A stretch of 63,518 nucleotides of DNA, counting the filler, from Saprolegnia diclina VS20 (lineage: Eukaryota), in assembly GCF_000281045.1 (NCBI RefSeq). It is 3 parts of 2 records of this genome, joined end to end, with 100 filler letters (N's around TTAATTAATTAA, not from the genome) between each part and the next. Parts side by side here need not be neighbours in the genome. Positions count along the whole stretch, not along the records: positions 28,001 to 59,350 come from NW_008246131.1; 2 more parts are not named here. One strand, written 5' to 3'. The position numbers and the translations under genes are program-made. Below are positions 37,348 to 49,700 of the stretch, one piece after another. The notes below the pieces were generated by a model. The model saw only the letters and a list, made by a program, of their open reading frames with translations, was not told where the DNA came from and ran no database searches. Every line of letters begins with the position of its first letter. The stretch's first letter is position 1.

Positions 37348-38997
37348 ATGGACGCGGTCCGGTGCAAGGAATGGGAGCTCATGACGCTCCTCGAGGAAGA
37401 GGGAAGCATGGATGTACGACGAAGTATGAGCCTGATGCAGGATGAACATGCGCCTCCTGCCTGAAGGGAGTCCATGGGCTGGGTCTTCTTGACGTCGTCG
37501 ACGATGTCGTTGGGCCGATGGGACCAAACGCGTGGACGAGCCCGACGTACCTCGCGTTCGTTCGCTTCTTCCTGCGTCGGGCAATGCTCCTCGACTACTC
37601 GACCATGAGCTCGATCGATCGCGATCGGGTCGTCACGGTCGCGCGGGCCGTTGTCCGAGGCGACGGCAGCCCCGTCGACGTCGTCCGCCATAGCACGCAG
37701 CTTTTGCTCCGGGTCGGCCATCGAAGCGCGCGCTTCGTCGTTCGCGCGCTGGGGACGGACCTCTTCACACTATCCGAGCTTCTCTTGCGGTACGACATGT
37801 AGCGCTATCGAAGAGGAGCTGATGGGGTGCTTTGGTAGCGCTCTCGGCGTCTTGGTACCATACATGAGATCGCTCTCGCCCATGGCCTCCATCTTTGTAG
37901 CATGCAATGTGCATGGAGCTCAGCGGACTGCAGTCGCTTCATCTCGTACGTGTATTCAATGGAGTTCACAAGGCGACTCCATGCAACGATAGCGCATGCA
38001 CGAACCGCTCGGCGACATTCGCATCGCTGACGTGCTCAACAAGACGCTCGTGGCAGCCGACCCGCTCCTCCGCTTTGGCGCTGCCAAGGTCCTCTCTGTC
38101 ATCCTCCTGGACACGCCGCATGCCCACGGTATGTCGATATTCATCCTCGCCACATTCGACCGGTCGATGCCTAGCCAAGTCGCTGCTGCTTGTGCTCGTC
38201 GATGCGTGCAACGAGGAGGTCCATGGGGCAACCCAAGCAAGCCTTTTCGCTCTGCTTTGGGATATCCTCTTTCTTCGTCAAGACCTCTTCTCTCTCGACG
38301 TGTGGGACGACATGGCGACGACGGCCATGGAGCAAGTCCATCTTCTCCCGACCACGGTGCATGCGATCATGCGACTCGTGCTTGCGCCGAGCACACCGGC
38401 TTCGCTCGATTGGCGTCTCGTGTCCCAACTGGTATACATATATGCCCTGTTCCTATGCCTCATGCGATGTTGTAGTTGGAGTGCGTCGTCGTTCTGTACG
38501 TGCACGAGAGTGCTACCTTGGGGAAGGAGGTACTGGCAGCACTGTACGCCTTTTTCACCGACGAGTGTGGACGCACCGAGTACCAGCAAGCGCTCGTGGG
38601 CCAGACACTGGTACGCCATGGCATCTCCTCTCACGTGTCTTACCGGGCGCTAGCTCCGTCGCAACCACCATGTAGCGTCCAAAACTTCGCTTCACATGGT
38701 CATGACACGATGCAAAGGCCTATGCCAACGGCATGGAGCTGCCGTGCGCTCACGACCCTTCGACGGCAAGTCTCTCGCAGATGCTCGCCACGCGCCCCGA
38801 AGTCGTTCTCAAGCGCGAGAACCAATTGCTGCAGGCGATGTTAACCCCAGATACCAAGACGTCGGTCGTCATAGCCTTTCAGCGGTATGTCCATCATCAA
38901 GCTCTCATTCTTACATTTTGGTGGTAGGATGATGCAAACGGCATTCTACTCCAGCTACTCGGTCGATCGAGTCCGAGTTCTCTTAGCATTCGACTGA
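37348..38997 (+). CDS. Multi-exon hypothetical helical-repeat protein
   Basis: ATG 37348, intron 37414-37466 joining in frame to GPNAWTSPTYL, further short GT-AG introns, probable TGA at 38997. Confidence 0.55.
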
Positions 38998-39000
38998 GCG

Positions 39001-40880
39001 TCAATGCACCTTCTTGGTCGCACTGCCGTCGTCGTCGAACTCGTACAAGATTTGGTACACGACGATGCCGTTGAAGGCAACGACGACCGACCAAAAGAGG
39101 ATCCAATGGCTCCACATGAGAAAGCCCACGGTAGCGTTGAGCGCCAGAAGCAGCACGTAGAGTGTGCTCGTCTTGCGACCGCCTGGCGCCCGTACATCGT
39201 GGGGTGAAATCGAAGGGCCATCAGTGGCCGTGGGTGGTGCTAATAGCGACGTCGTCTCCTCGTCGGCTCCATCGTCGTCGTCGTCGTTTTCGCTTACTTC
39301 GTCGTCATCGTCGTCCGACTTGGCGCCGATTTCGTGCTTGGTCGCCCAGCTCACGAGAAAGATCGACTTGGAAATGGCTTGGCGCCAGCTCACAAAGTCG
39401 TCTTCGCTCTCTGTGCACAGAATCCTAAGCAACTTTCAGGCTGGACCGACGACCCGTCGCCGCATTCTACCACATGACTTTGCCGCGGCTCACAGTAAAC
39501 ACAAACGGTGTCGGGCCATGGAGGTGCCGGGCGTCAACGACCGACAACGAGGCCTCGGCCGACGCCAGTTTCAAGCGGCCTTGGGGACCCTCCCTACAGT
39601 AGTGCATTGATCGCACCGGTAGCAGTGGCAAGGCGGCGACAGACCGTGTCACGGACGCTTGATTGTCGTAGCATCGAAGGATGCCATTGTTGCCGTCGAG
39701 CGTAAACCACTTGCGGTACCACGACTCGCCGCCGCCGTGCAGAAGCGCGTGCTTGAGCTTCGTCTGGCGGCGCTGGATGATCATCGGGCCGGCTTTGAGC
39801 CACGGCTCGGGCTTGGACCAGCCAATGATCTTGCGCATTGACGTGTGCACGAGGCGCCGCGGCGACAGCAGGATCGGCGCTCGGTGGACGTGTTCAATAT
39901 AGCCTGTCGGTGTCTCGGCGCTCGTGTCGCTGGCACGGGACGTCTCAGCACTGCGCGGCTTGGGCGACTGCCTACATGGCCATGATACCTCGTTCGAGAA
40001 GGAGGCGGCTACGAGCGCGGCGACTTGGCGACGACTTCGGCGTGGTATGTGACCACCTTGGACCGGTGCCAGACGTACGAGTTGTCCCACGTGAGCGTGC
40101 AGAGCCCGGGCGTCGGGCAGCGCACGAGGCCCTTGAGCGCAGCCTCGCGCGAGTAGACTTGAAGCGTGTCGTCGTTGAGCGAGATCGAGAAGCCAATGTC
40201 GTGCTTGCGCGTGGCGAACTGGTATGCGACGGCCGCGTGCGCACTCGGGATCTCGAGCGACACCGAGTACGATTGGCCTTTCCGAATCGTGACGGTGGTC
40301 GCATCATTCGGCGGCAGCACGTCGTCGTCGTCGCTGCCGTCGGACGCGGCGGGCGTCGGGTCGCGAAAGAACTGCCGGAGGAGGTCGCTCGTCGAGATGC
40401 ACTCGAGGCTCAAAAGCTGCTGCAGAAAGAGCTCGAGCTCCTACACGGTGGCATGGGCCATGGATCGTAGCAGCTATGGAAATGCGTACAGGGTACTTGA
40501 GCTGGATGTACGCGCTGTCAAACCGCCCGAGCTTCATCGACGGCAAGGCCACAAGCGGCGACCGCGGGTATTTCTTGCGCAGCTAGAGACCATCCTAGAC
40601 TTCTTGTCATGCGCTAGTGACGTACTTGATGGTGCAGCGACTGAAACTGCGCGTACGACCGGTGGATGGTCTCGGGCGGACCGGTCGACGCGTCCGACAC
40701 GAGCAGGTCAAAGACGACGTGGTACGGCCGGCGGCTCATCATCGTGTCGAGGTTGAGCCGGCGCCGGCTACCAACGCGCGCCTCCTTGAGCACGAGCGCG
40801 TGGCCCTGCACCGTCACGGCGACGACCGGCGTCGGCAGCAGCAGCGGGCTCGGCCGGCGCGTGGCCACGGCCTTCTCCAT
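39001..40880 (-). CDS. PX + GOLD + PH domain protein with two C-terminal TM helices
   Basis: PX: IHRSYAQFQSLHHQ..LPS..FLQQLL..LLRQFF. GOLD: YQFATRKHDIGFSI..LTWDNSYVWHRSKVV. PH: WYRKWFTLDG..LRCY..GRLKL..LCTESEDDFVSWRQAI. Hydrophobic C-terminus. Confidence 0.8.
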
Positions 40881-40968
40881 GCTCGGATCCAAAAATATAC
40901 GCGCAAAATCCGGCAAAATCCGGCAAAATGAGCAAAAGAGCAAAATCAAATTCGATATTCACGAGGAA

Positions 40969-42189
40969 TTACAACGAAAGGTACGGCTTGCGCGTGCCAG
41001 CTTCGTTGGTGCGTGGCGCAGCGACCACGTTGTTGTCGGCGTACCGGCGGCGGCCTTGCTTGGCGTCGTACCGGCGCTTGATGAGGATGCCGAGGACGAT
41101 AATGACGACGCACGCGGCAATGATGATGCCGAGCGCGAGATAGCTCGTGCCAGAGTTGTCCGAGGGCAAGTCGACCTGGTCCGAGTACTCGTTGAACTTG
41201 GCCATCTTCTTCACATCGACAAAGTAGCCGCGGTCCCACATGAGCGAAAACGCCTTCTGGAAGAAGCTACCCGCGTTCGGCCCGCCCTTGAGCGCGTCCG
41301 AGCCCGACGCTGCGCAGACGCCGTCCGACTCGCCGGGCACCTTGAGCCAGAGAAAGTAGTCGATGAGGTCGTTGGCCGTGTTGTTGGTCGACGGCACGCC
41401 AACGCCCGCGTAGCGCGAGTTGCACCACTCGCCCGTGCCGGCCTTCGGGCCGCGGTAGTTGCGCGAGGTATCAATAACGCAGTGGTACGCGTTCTCGGTC
41501 AGCGCGCCAAAGCTCTCGCACATGGTCGTCATCTCGGCGTTGGTGCGGTAGTTGGACGTGCCGAGCGCGATGCCGTTGATGCGGCCCGTCGACGTAAACT
41601 GCTTGAGCGTCTCTTTGACGAGCGTCTGGTTGAACGCGGTTTCGAGCATCCAGTAGCCAACATCGATGTACATGAGCGAGTTGGTGTTCTCGGTCAAGAC
41701 CGGGATCGCCTTGGCCATGTTGTCGAGGTACCCGTTCGTCTTGGCGCACTCTTCCTTGAGCGCAAGGCCGACCGCATCCGGCTCCATAATGTAGAGCACC
41801 GGGCGCTTCCCGACCAAATCGGCGAGATCCTGGACCCACTTCGCGTACGCGTCGGCGCCGCCAATCGAGTTGGAGCCGCGGTTACTCTCCTTGGCGCTGC
41901 AATCCTTGTTGGGCAGGCCGTAGACGATGATGACGGGCAGCGTGTCTTCGCCGCACTTGTTCAACAGCTTCTGCATCGACTTGTACGCGCTCTCGTCGTT
42001 GTCCGTGTACCACGACGCGACCGTCACGTTCTTGAGCGCGTTGAACGCCGCCTTGTAGTTGGGGTACTGCGACGCCGCGCTCTCGTACGTGGGCGGCGAA
42101 ATGCCGCAGAGCGGGTAATCACTCTGGCCAGAGACGGCGGCGCTCAAGCAGGCCACCGCGGCCGCCATCAACTCGACGAAGCGGACCAT
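40969..42189 (-). CDS. Glycoside hydrolase family 6 (cellulase) with signal peptide and C-terminal TM anchor
   Basis: IVYGLPNKDC, YIMEPDA, YIDVGYW, VIDTSRN, EWCN, LWLKVPGESDG motifs. N-terminal MVRFVELMAAAVACLSAAVSG. C-terminal LALGIIIAACVVIIVLGILIKRR. Confidence 0.92.
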   Translation of the reverse strand: MVRFVELMAAAVACLSAAVSGQSDYPLCGISPPTYESAASQYPNYKAAFNALKNVTVASWYTDNDESAYKSMQKLLNKCGEDTLPVIIVYGLPNKDCSAKESNRGSNSIGGADAYAKWVQDLADLVGKRPVLYIMEPDAVGLALKEECAKTNGYLDNMAKAIPVLTENTNSLMYIDVGYWMLETAFNQTLVKETLKQFTSTGRINGIALGTSNYRTNAEMTTMCESFGALTENAYHCVIDTSRNYRGPKAGTGEWCNSRYAGVGVPSTNNTANDLIDYFLWLKVPGESDGVCAASGSDALKGGPNAGSFFQKAFSLMWDRGYFVDVKKMAKFNEYSDQVDLPSDNSGTSYLALGIIIAACVVIIVLGILIKRRYDAKQGRRRYADNNVVAAPRTNEAGTRKPYLSL

Positions 42190-43777
42190 CTTCCTCAGCA
42201 GATGCGATTTCAGATGTGTGCAACGCATAGCCGCGGGGGTGTCCGGATACCGCCTTTCCCACCAGCCAAGCGTTTCCCACGTAATCGTCAAATAGTGTAG
42301 TGAGCTTAAAGAACTGCAAACGCGAGGACGACACGGATGATGGATGGTTTTGGACATGCAAACGACGGCGCAGGAGTGCCAAAGGGAGCGCCCAATGCTT
42401 GAGATCTCGACGCAATGGCTTGCAAGCGTTGAGATGATCGAGAACACATCGCGTTCCTGAACGTTGTTACGCGCAGTGGGCAGAGACCAGCTCGACTGAA
42501 CGCTTTCCATAGTAATTCCAAGCTTCGACCGAGATCCAAGCCGACGATGGAGACGCTAATTCGTGCGCATCAACTGGAATTTGTAGCTGGCGATCGACAC
42601 GTTAGTTTGTGGGAATCAACCAAGTGCATTGCTCACGACTGGCGAGAAGAGAGTTCTCTCGTGCTTGGTCGCCGTGCACCCTCGGCAGTGGCCTTTCATG
42701 CGCCGTCGCAAGCCACAAAGCGCTCCGTCCATCGACTGCGAACTCGAACGTATCTTCAATCGGTATGGGCATCGAGTCGCCAGACAGCGCGAATATTCAC
42801 ACTATTTATGTTACATAATTTTCACACACCAACGTGGTGGGAAATGCAAGCTGGCAAGGCGGCAAGATGGATATATCGTATCCGGACAAACGTGAAAATT
42901 TGTCGCCGATCTCCTCGCACCCCATCCGGTTCGAAGCTGGCGTCACTGGCACGATACCGTAGACACCACCTCGCTATTGCCGCCAAGAGCAGCAGTCCCG
43001 CGCGCCATTTCGTCGAGCGAAGGACCGTGAGCTGCGCTGTCCACTGTTAATATAGAGCTATAGCGAATGGATCGACCATTAATTCGGACGACGGAAGACG
43101 CCAAGGGCACGCGTGAGTCGCAGAAAGCTGCCGTTGCAGCACGTGGCGTAATGGACGTGTCCCGTTGTAATGGCGTCGATTTTCACGCGATCAGTCCATT
43201 TCACACCACTATTTTACACGGTTGGAATCGCAGTTGCCGGTCGTGGCGATGTCTGTCCAACGCAATGTCCAACGCTCTTTTGCCGGCATTGCGATGGTCG
43301 TGGGAAGCATCCATTGTTTACGCTCCCAGTCCAGAGCCATCCATGCAACCATGCACCTGTGGCCCAGAAAAACACACATGTGAAAAACAGATACGCTAAA
43401 GCCACGTTTTACTCGCCTTGGGACACGGTCAAACCAGCCCCCTCGCCTATATACTTTAATGCAGATAGACTACGGGGTCCATGCCATAAAAACAGCAGTT
43501 CCCTTGAAAAATACGCGTTTTAGAATTGATGTACGTTTTTCTCCGGTGCTGCCGGATACATTATCCGGATGTGGCCCAAAGATATTTGCTTGTCAAGGGA
43601 CATATCAAGACAACTGGAGGCGAGTCAAGAAATGCAAAGAGCTATGAAAGAGTTAGTGTTGGAAGACCCACCTTGGGGCTGTCGCCACACTCATGACTCG
43701 TACAGTCGGTGAAATGTAGAGTGATATTTATAGCTTTTAGCTATCTTGCAGTAAGTGCAATATGCAACTTCCAACAG

Positions 43778-46700
43778 TTAGTGCTTCTTGGCGTCGTTGG
43801 CGGTCGAGATGGACGCGGGCGGTTGGAGCTGGCGCACGACGGCGCCGTGCGTCGGGTGCAGAATAAGCAGTGCGAGCGCCTTGACCTGGAGGAGGTGCTT
43901 GGTGTCGTTGATGCCCATGTAGTCGAAGCAGCCGCAAATGTCCGTGTACCCGTCCTTGTAGAACCGGCCTTTGGCGCCGCCGCTCTTGGTTTGCACAAAC
44001 ACCTTGACGTACGCACGCGGCAGCGGCCGGTGGTTGGCAAACACTTGGAGCTTGCCGCCGTCCACGTCAAAGTCCATCTCCATCGAGTCGCAGTAGTGCG
44101 GCCGCGTCACGTCCCACTCGGGGTGCCCCGTCGGCGCAAACGTCACCATCATCTGCAGGCTCTGGAGCGCCTCGGGAATATCAACCGTCGTCGAATTCGC
44201 CGAGAGCTCCACTGCTACCGTCGCGCGCGGCTGCACGAGCGCGATCGACGACGCCTGCGCAGTCTTGGAGCCAAACGGCTCGGTCGAGAACATGACTTCC
44301 ACGTCGACAGGGTACAAGAGCAGGCGGCCGGTCTTGATGCGGTGGCCCTTTTGCACCAACTCGACGCGGTCGCGGTGCACCGTCATGGTGACGCCCACGT
44401 CGTCCATGGCGACTGCGTCGAGAGCCATGCCCCGGTGCACGAGCGCATCGAGCGTCGCCAGCTGCGCCCGCACGTTGGCAAAGAGGTCGTGCCACCGGCG
44501 GTGCGGGTACGACGCGTACGTTTCGCTCGCCGCTCGCGCGCGCGGGTACGACGCCTCAGCGTCCTCACTTGGCCGGAAAAAGTCCAAGTACGCGTCCATG
44601 TAGTCGTACTGCAGCGTTGGCACCGCGTCCCGCGCGACCTTGGCAAAGCACGTGAGCGCCGTATCGACGCGGTTGAAGACGATCAGAAAGTAGGCTAGGA
44701 CGAGGTAGTCGGCGTCGCCGAGCGCCGGAAGGAGCGCGAGCTTGGCGCACACGCGCTCGTAGTGCGCTTGGAGCTCCTTGTTGAGCGGCGTCTTTTGCTT
44801 CTTGGCCGACGCCATCGAGTGCACGCGACGCACAATGTAGGGCGAAAACTCGGCCAGTTCCAGACACGCCTGCAGACTCAGCGGGCCGTCGAGTACGTCG
44901 AGCGAGCCAATGCAGCTCTGAACGCCAGGACCGGCTGCATGCAGAAAGGGCACGGCGCGCTGCAAGACGTCGACAATCCCGACCTTGTCCTTGTGGTACG
45001 CAGCGTACTGAGAGACCGCCGGGCTGTAGACGAAGCGCGCGCGGAGGAGACTCGTCACCGCGTCATAGGAAGCGCGGTCGCGGAGGCGCCACGTGATGCG
45101 ATCGAGGTCGAGCGTCTCGAGCTTCTTGTGCTGCCGCAAAAAGGCAACGACGTCGGCTGTCGACCCGCGGGCTGAGACGTCATGCCACGACGTCGTGTCG
45201 ATGGCCTTGCGCTCGGCCATCACGACAAGCTGCGAGGCGTCCGTTGAGGCAAAGCGCACGGTCGTGTTTTGGATCGCAACGTGCGCAGGGTAGTGCGAAA
45301 ACGTCCCGGGCGCCGCAAAGTAAAAGTAGTAGACGACGATCTCGTTCTCGTTGCCGCCGAGATCAAACGTCGTGCTGCGCGTGAAGAAGCCGTCGCTCTG
45401 CAGCGGAATCGCGCCGTGCGGGATCTGCAAGAGCAGCTGCACGTCCCGCAGCGGGAGCGGGCTCAAGTTGCTCACGGTCACTTGACAGCCGTACATGGTC
45501 TGCGTCACAAACTCGGCCACGGGCTTGAGCAGGCCGTTCGAGACGTTCGAGTCGGCGGGGTTGAACACGGTCTGCGTCACAATGAGGTTGGCGGCCTGCG
45601 CGGCAATCGCGTCCGGCACAACGACGTCGACTTGCTGTTGCAGGTCTTCGTAGTAGACGACGATCGGGTGCGCACCGGCCGCCGTCACACAAATGCTCGC
45701 GTCGTCGACCTGAACCTGCGCGTTGGACGACGTGGACGTGAGCGGCAGGTCCAGCACCGCCATAGCCAGCATGATTTCGGCAAAGCAGCTGTGCGCTTCC
45801 GGAAAGTAGGCCGAGACAAACGGTGCTGTCTTGGACAATCGAAGATGGCGCGCATAGTCGAGCCAGTACTTGTTCATCGCGCTCTGCTTCCATTGACCAT
45901 GCGTCAAGGCAACGCTCGGTGGCAAAAGCCCGCCGCTCCGAAGCTGGCGCGCATCCGTGCCGTCGTGATACCGCGTCTCAACGTGCTTCTTGGTGCTCCC
46001 AGGCGCCTTGTAGATCTTGCGCGCAGCCACCTTTGTCGCGTCGCCATCTTTGTTGTCACCGATGTCGTCATCGCTGTCATCGTCGTCGTCGTCGTCATCG
46101 TCGCACAAGTCGTACTCCTCGTCCGAGTCGCGATGGCTCTTTTTGAACGGGGTAGCCGCCGGCGCAGCGCTGAACGACGATGCACCAAACGCACCAAACG
46201 TCGGGGCGCTCGAGGCCGGTTTATCAGTAGCAAACCCCGAGGTGGGGGCCGCGCTGCCAAACGCAAATTCCGCCGACGACGCTGCAAAGCCAAAAGGACT
46301 CGCAGCCATCGCGGGTCGCGCAGGAGTAGTCGTGGTGGCACCAAAGGCAAAAGGCGATGACGTGGGCGCGTAGGCCGGCGACGTGGGGGAGTACGCAGGC
46401 GACGTGGGGGAGTACGCAGGCGACGTTGGCGAATACTGAGGTACCGCACAACTTTCGCGCAGCTTACCTGACAGAACCAAGCCCTCGTCTTCAAACGTGA
46501 CGCGCGAATCGTCGGCGTCGGCGTCGGCGTCGAGTAAAACAGCGTCGTCGTCGTTCTTGGCGACAAGAACGTGCTCAAAGAGTGCCGGGAGCTTGAGCGT
46601 CGTCGCGTCGTCGTAGTAGCTCTCGATGAGCCGCTCGACATGGTCGCAAATGCCGTCGGCTGTCGGCAGCGCCTCGGCCAGCAGCAGCAGTTCAATCAAC

Positions 46701-49700
46701 GTCAGTCGTTCCAGTTGCACGTGCGACGCCGCGATCGCCGCCAGTACATCGATGTGACCAAGAACGTAATGGTCGACAAACGACTTGACGAGCTTGGCCT
46801 CAAGGTGCGGCGCGACAACGGCGAGGAAGAAGCTCCGGTCCTTCTTGAACAAGAAGACGTTCAACTCGCCCGATGCATTCGCGCTGTAGAGCGCCGCCTT
46901 CTGCTTCGTATCGTAGCTACCCCACGCCTTGAGAAAGGCGTTCAAGAGCACACTGCGCGATGTGAGGGCGTCAAGAAGGCTGAACGCGTGCTCGATCGAG
47001 TCGTAGACCTCAACTTTGGTCGCCGACGTGCGCGCCAGACGCAGGGTTTCGCCCGGCGAGAGGCATTTGTGGCCGCGGTACTGCAGGTAGTGCACTCCTG
47101 GCTCCGTCCCGAGGGCCTCGGCGCTCGAGAGACGCGTGTCGCGCAGCGGCACCTTCCCGCGCGGCTCCGTACGTGGTCCGACGTCCAGATTCGTATGGCG
47201 CGACGCCGTGACCTCGCCGTCAATCGCGACAACTGCAACCTCGTACACGCCAGAGAGCGTCTGGACATCGAGCAATGCGACAGCAGCACCCGCATCGTCC
47301 ACGGCGACGTTGAAGAAGACGACGGAACCGTCTGCGAGAAACGACGTGTTGGCGCGCCGCGATTCCCCAAAAGAAGAACTGGGCAAACAACGTCCCATCA
47401 TACGACGCATGGCTGACTTGGCGAGCCTCGATTGAGCGGCGTACCCTTCACCTTGACTCGTCTCGGCGAGGTTGCCGCTCGACGTCTCCTCGACAGCGTA
47501 CGGGTGGAGCAGCAGCGACGGGTGCGGCAAGGCCGAGCCTTGCAGGAGCGCCGAGTGTGGGTGTGCGCTCACGTACGCCCGGCGGCTCAGCACGTACGCG
47601 TACTCGTCGCTAATGCGCTTGCTGGCAAAGTACGTCGACGACGGGTACGACGAGTTGTGTTCGACACTGGCGCTCGCCCGGGACGTAATGTCGAGGTAGC
47701 TGTCGCTCGCAAAGCCACCGTCGTCCAGAAAACGCTTGCACACAATGTGGACACGCGTCGCCGGCGTCGCATTGCCCAGCTGCACACGGATCGCATCCGG
47801 CGTCGACGCGACGGACGCAATGACCACCGGGCGATTCGGGATGGATGTCCCAATGATCGTGTCGTTGCCGTGAAGCAGGTACCGCGTGTGCGTCTTGGAC
47901 GGCGGCAAGAGCTCTTTCTCCAGGATGCGCACCTTGTAGCAAGCCCCAAACGGCTTGAGCGTCACTCGGTACCAGCCAGCAACGGCCGCCGTAAGCGCCA
48001 AGCAGCCGTCGTCTTGGACAACGACAGCGCACGCGTCCGGCGCGGGCACCGACGTATACGTCGTGTTGTGGCTCGTGTGCGTCTGCGTGAGCGCAATCCA
48101 GCCGCGCTCGACCCACGAGCGCAGCGTCGCTTGGATGTTACTCGGCACCGGCAGTACGACAACGTCGTTGACGGCGGCGTGGAGCGTCGGAGCGTTCGGC
48201 GCCGAGACGAACCGGCTCCAGCTCGAGTGGTCGGCCAGGCCCGGAAGGGTCCACGTCCAGTACCCGCCTGTCGCCGACGTCACTTGAATCGACTTGATGT
48301 CGTCCAGGGGTCCGAGATGCACTTCGCCATGCTCGTTCGAGACGGCTGCGCGCTCAACTTGCTCGGCGAGCGCCAAGTGGTGGAAGCGAACCGCCAACGA
48401 CGCTTTCGCTACCGGCTCGCCGTTGTGTCCGAGTACGAGCAGCACAAACGCCTTCTCAATCGTCTTGAGGTGCACACCAAAAAGCTGGCCGTCGTGGCCC
48501 GTACTTGTGTGGAGGCTAAACTGCTGTACATGTTCGACATGACGCAGCGTTGTCGCCCGCTTCGACGATGATCCAGACGCCGAGGCCACGTCCCCCGACA
48601 ACTTGATTTGGAGCGAGATAGCGTCACTTGGAATCTCAATCACGCGCGCGAGGTCGCGCGTGTCGCTCAAGCGTGCGAGGTTCCGGAGCTCCTTGCGGTT
48701 GACCGTCCCTGCCCGGCTCGTTGTCTCCATTGTCAAGACGGTGTTTTGGAGCAAACTCGTGGGCGCAAGCGCGCCGTTGACGTACAAGGCGCCACGAACG
48801 AGCACAGTCGCTCGGAAGCCGGGCACGAGCTGCTCGGCGTCGATCGCAATCTTGGCCTCGAGGGCGTACGCCTCCTCGCAATACGCAAAATCGCCCAGCA
48901 CGCCGAAGTCCTCGACGCCGACAACCACCGGGTACTTGGTCGAAATCGAGGTCGTCTCGTCGAGCGCGGCGTAATAGGGCACCGTGGCCACACCGTCGAC
49001 CGCAGCAAATGTCTTGACGATCGCTCGGTTGACCGGGTCGGGCAGCGCCACGACAAAGTCCCGCAGCGGCGCATGGGCTTCGTCAAACGCGCGAAAGTCG
49101 TGGCCAGCGACCGTACACTGTTGTACAAAATGCAAATGGCCCTTCCGAATGACCGCGCGGCACGCCGCATCGGCACCCACGACTTCGACGACAAAGACGC
49201 CGCGGCGAATCGCGTCCAGCGACGGGAACGCAATGCGGTGCGCCGTGCGCACGTGGCTCGGAACGTTCTCGAACGCGACCGTAAACTCTTCGTTGGGCAA
49301 GAGCCCGTCGAGCGAGATGTTGCTCTTGATGGCTTCGAACGTCCGGCGCAGCCCGTCGGCCACGTTGAGTTGGAAGAGCTGCACCGTGATGGACGCCGTG
49401 TTCTTGACGTGCAGCAGCAGCGAGACGGGCGCGTCCGGGGCAAACGTATCCGGGTTGGACGCAGCAAAACGCACCTCGGACGACTCGAAGACGTCGTGCT
49501 CGACGCCCGAATCGACCAAGTACGCTTCGTACTCGGCCCGCGACCCTTTACCCGAGCTCAGCATCGCCACCGCGAGCTGCGTTTGGAGAAACATTGGCTC
49601 GAGGTACGGCTCAAAGTCGCTCGCTTCCGCACCAGCCGGCAGCAAGTGCGTCAGAAAACCCTTGATGAGGCGCTACAGCACGGCGATGAGATATATGAAA

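Noticed and set aside
46352..46435. RPB1 gene or CRISPR-like array
   Set aside because: No polymerase motifs (such as NADFDGD) are present and the heptads are internal. The repeats are contiguous 21-mers in coding frame with no spacers.
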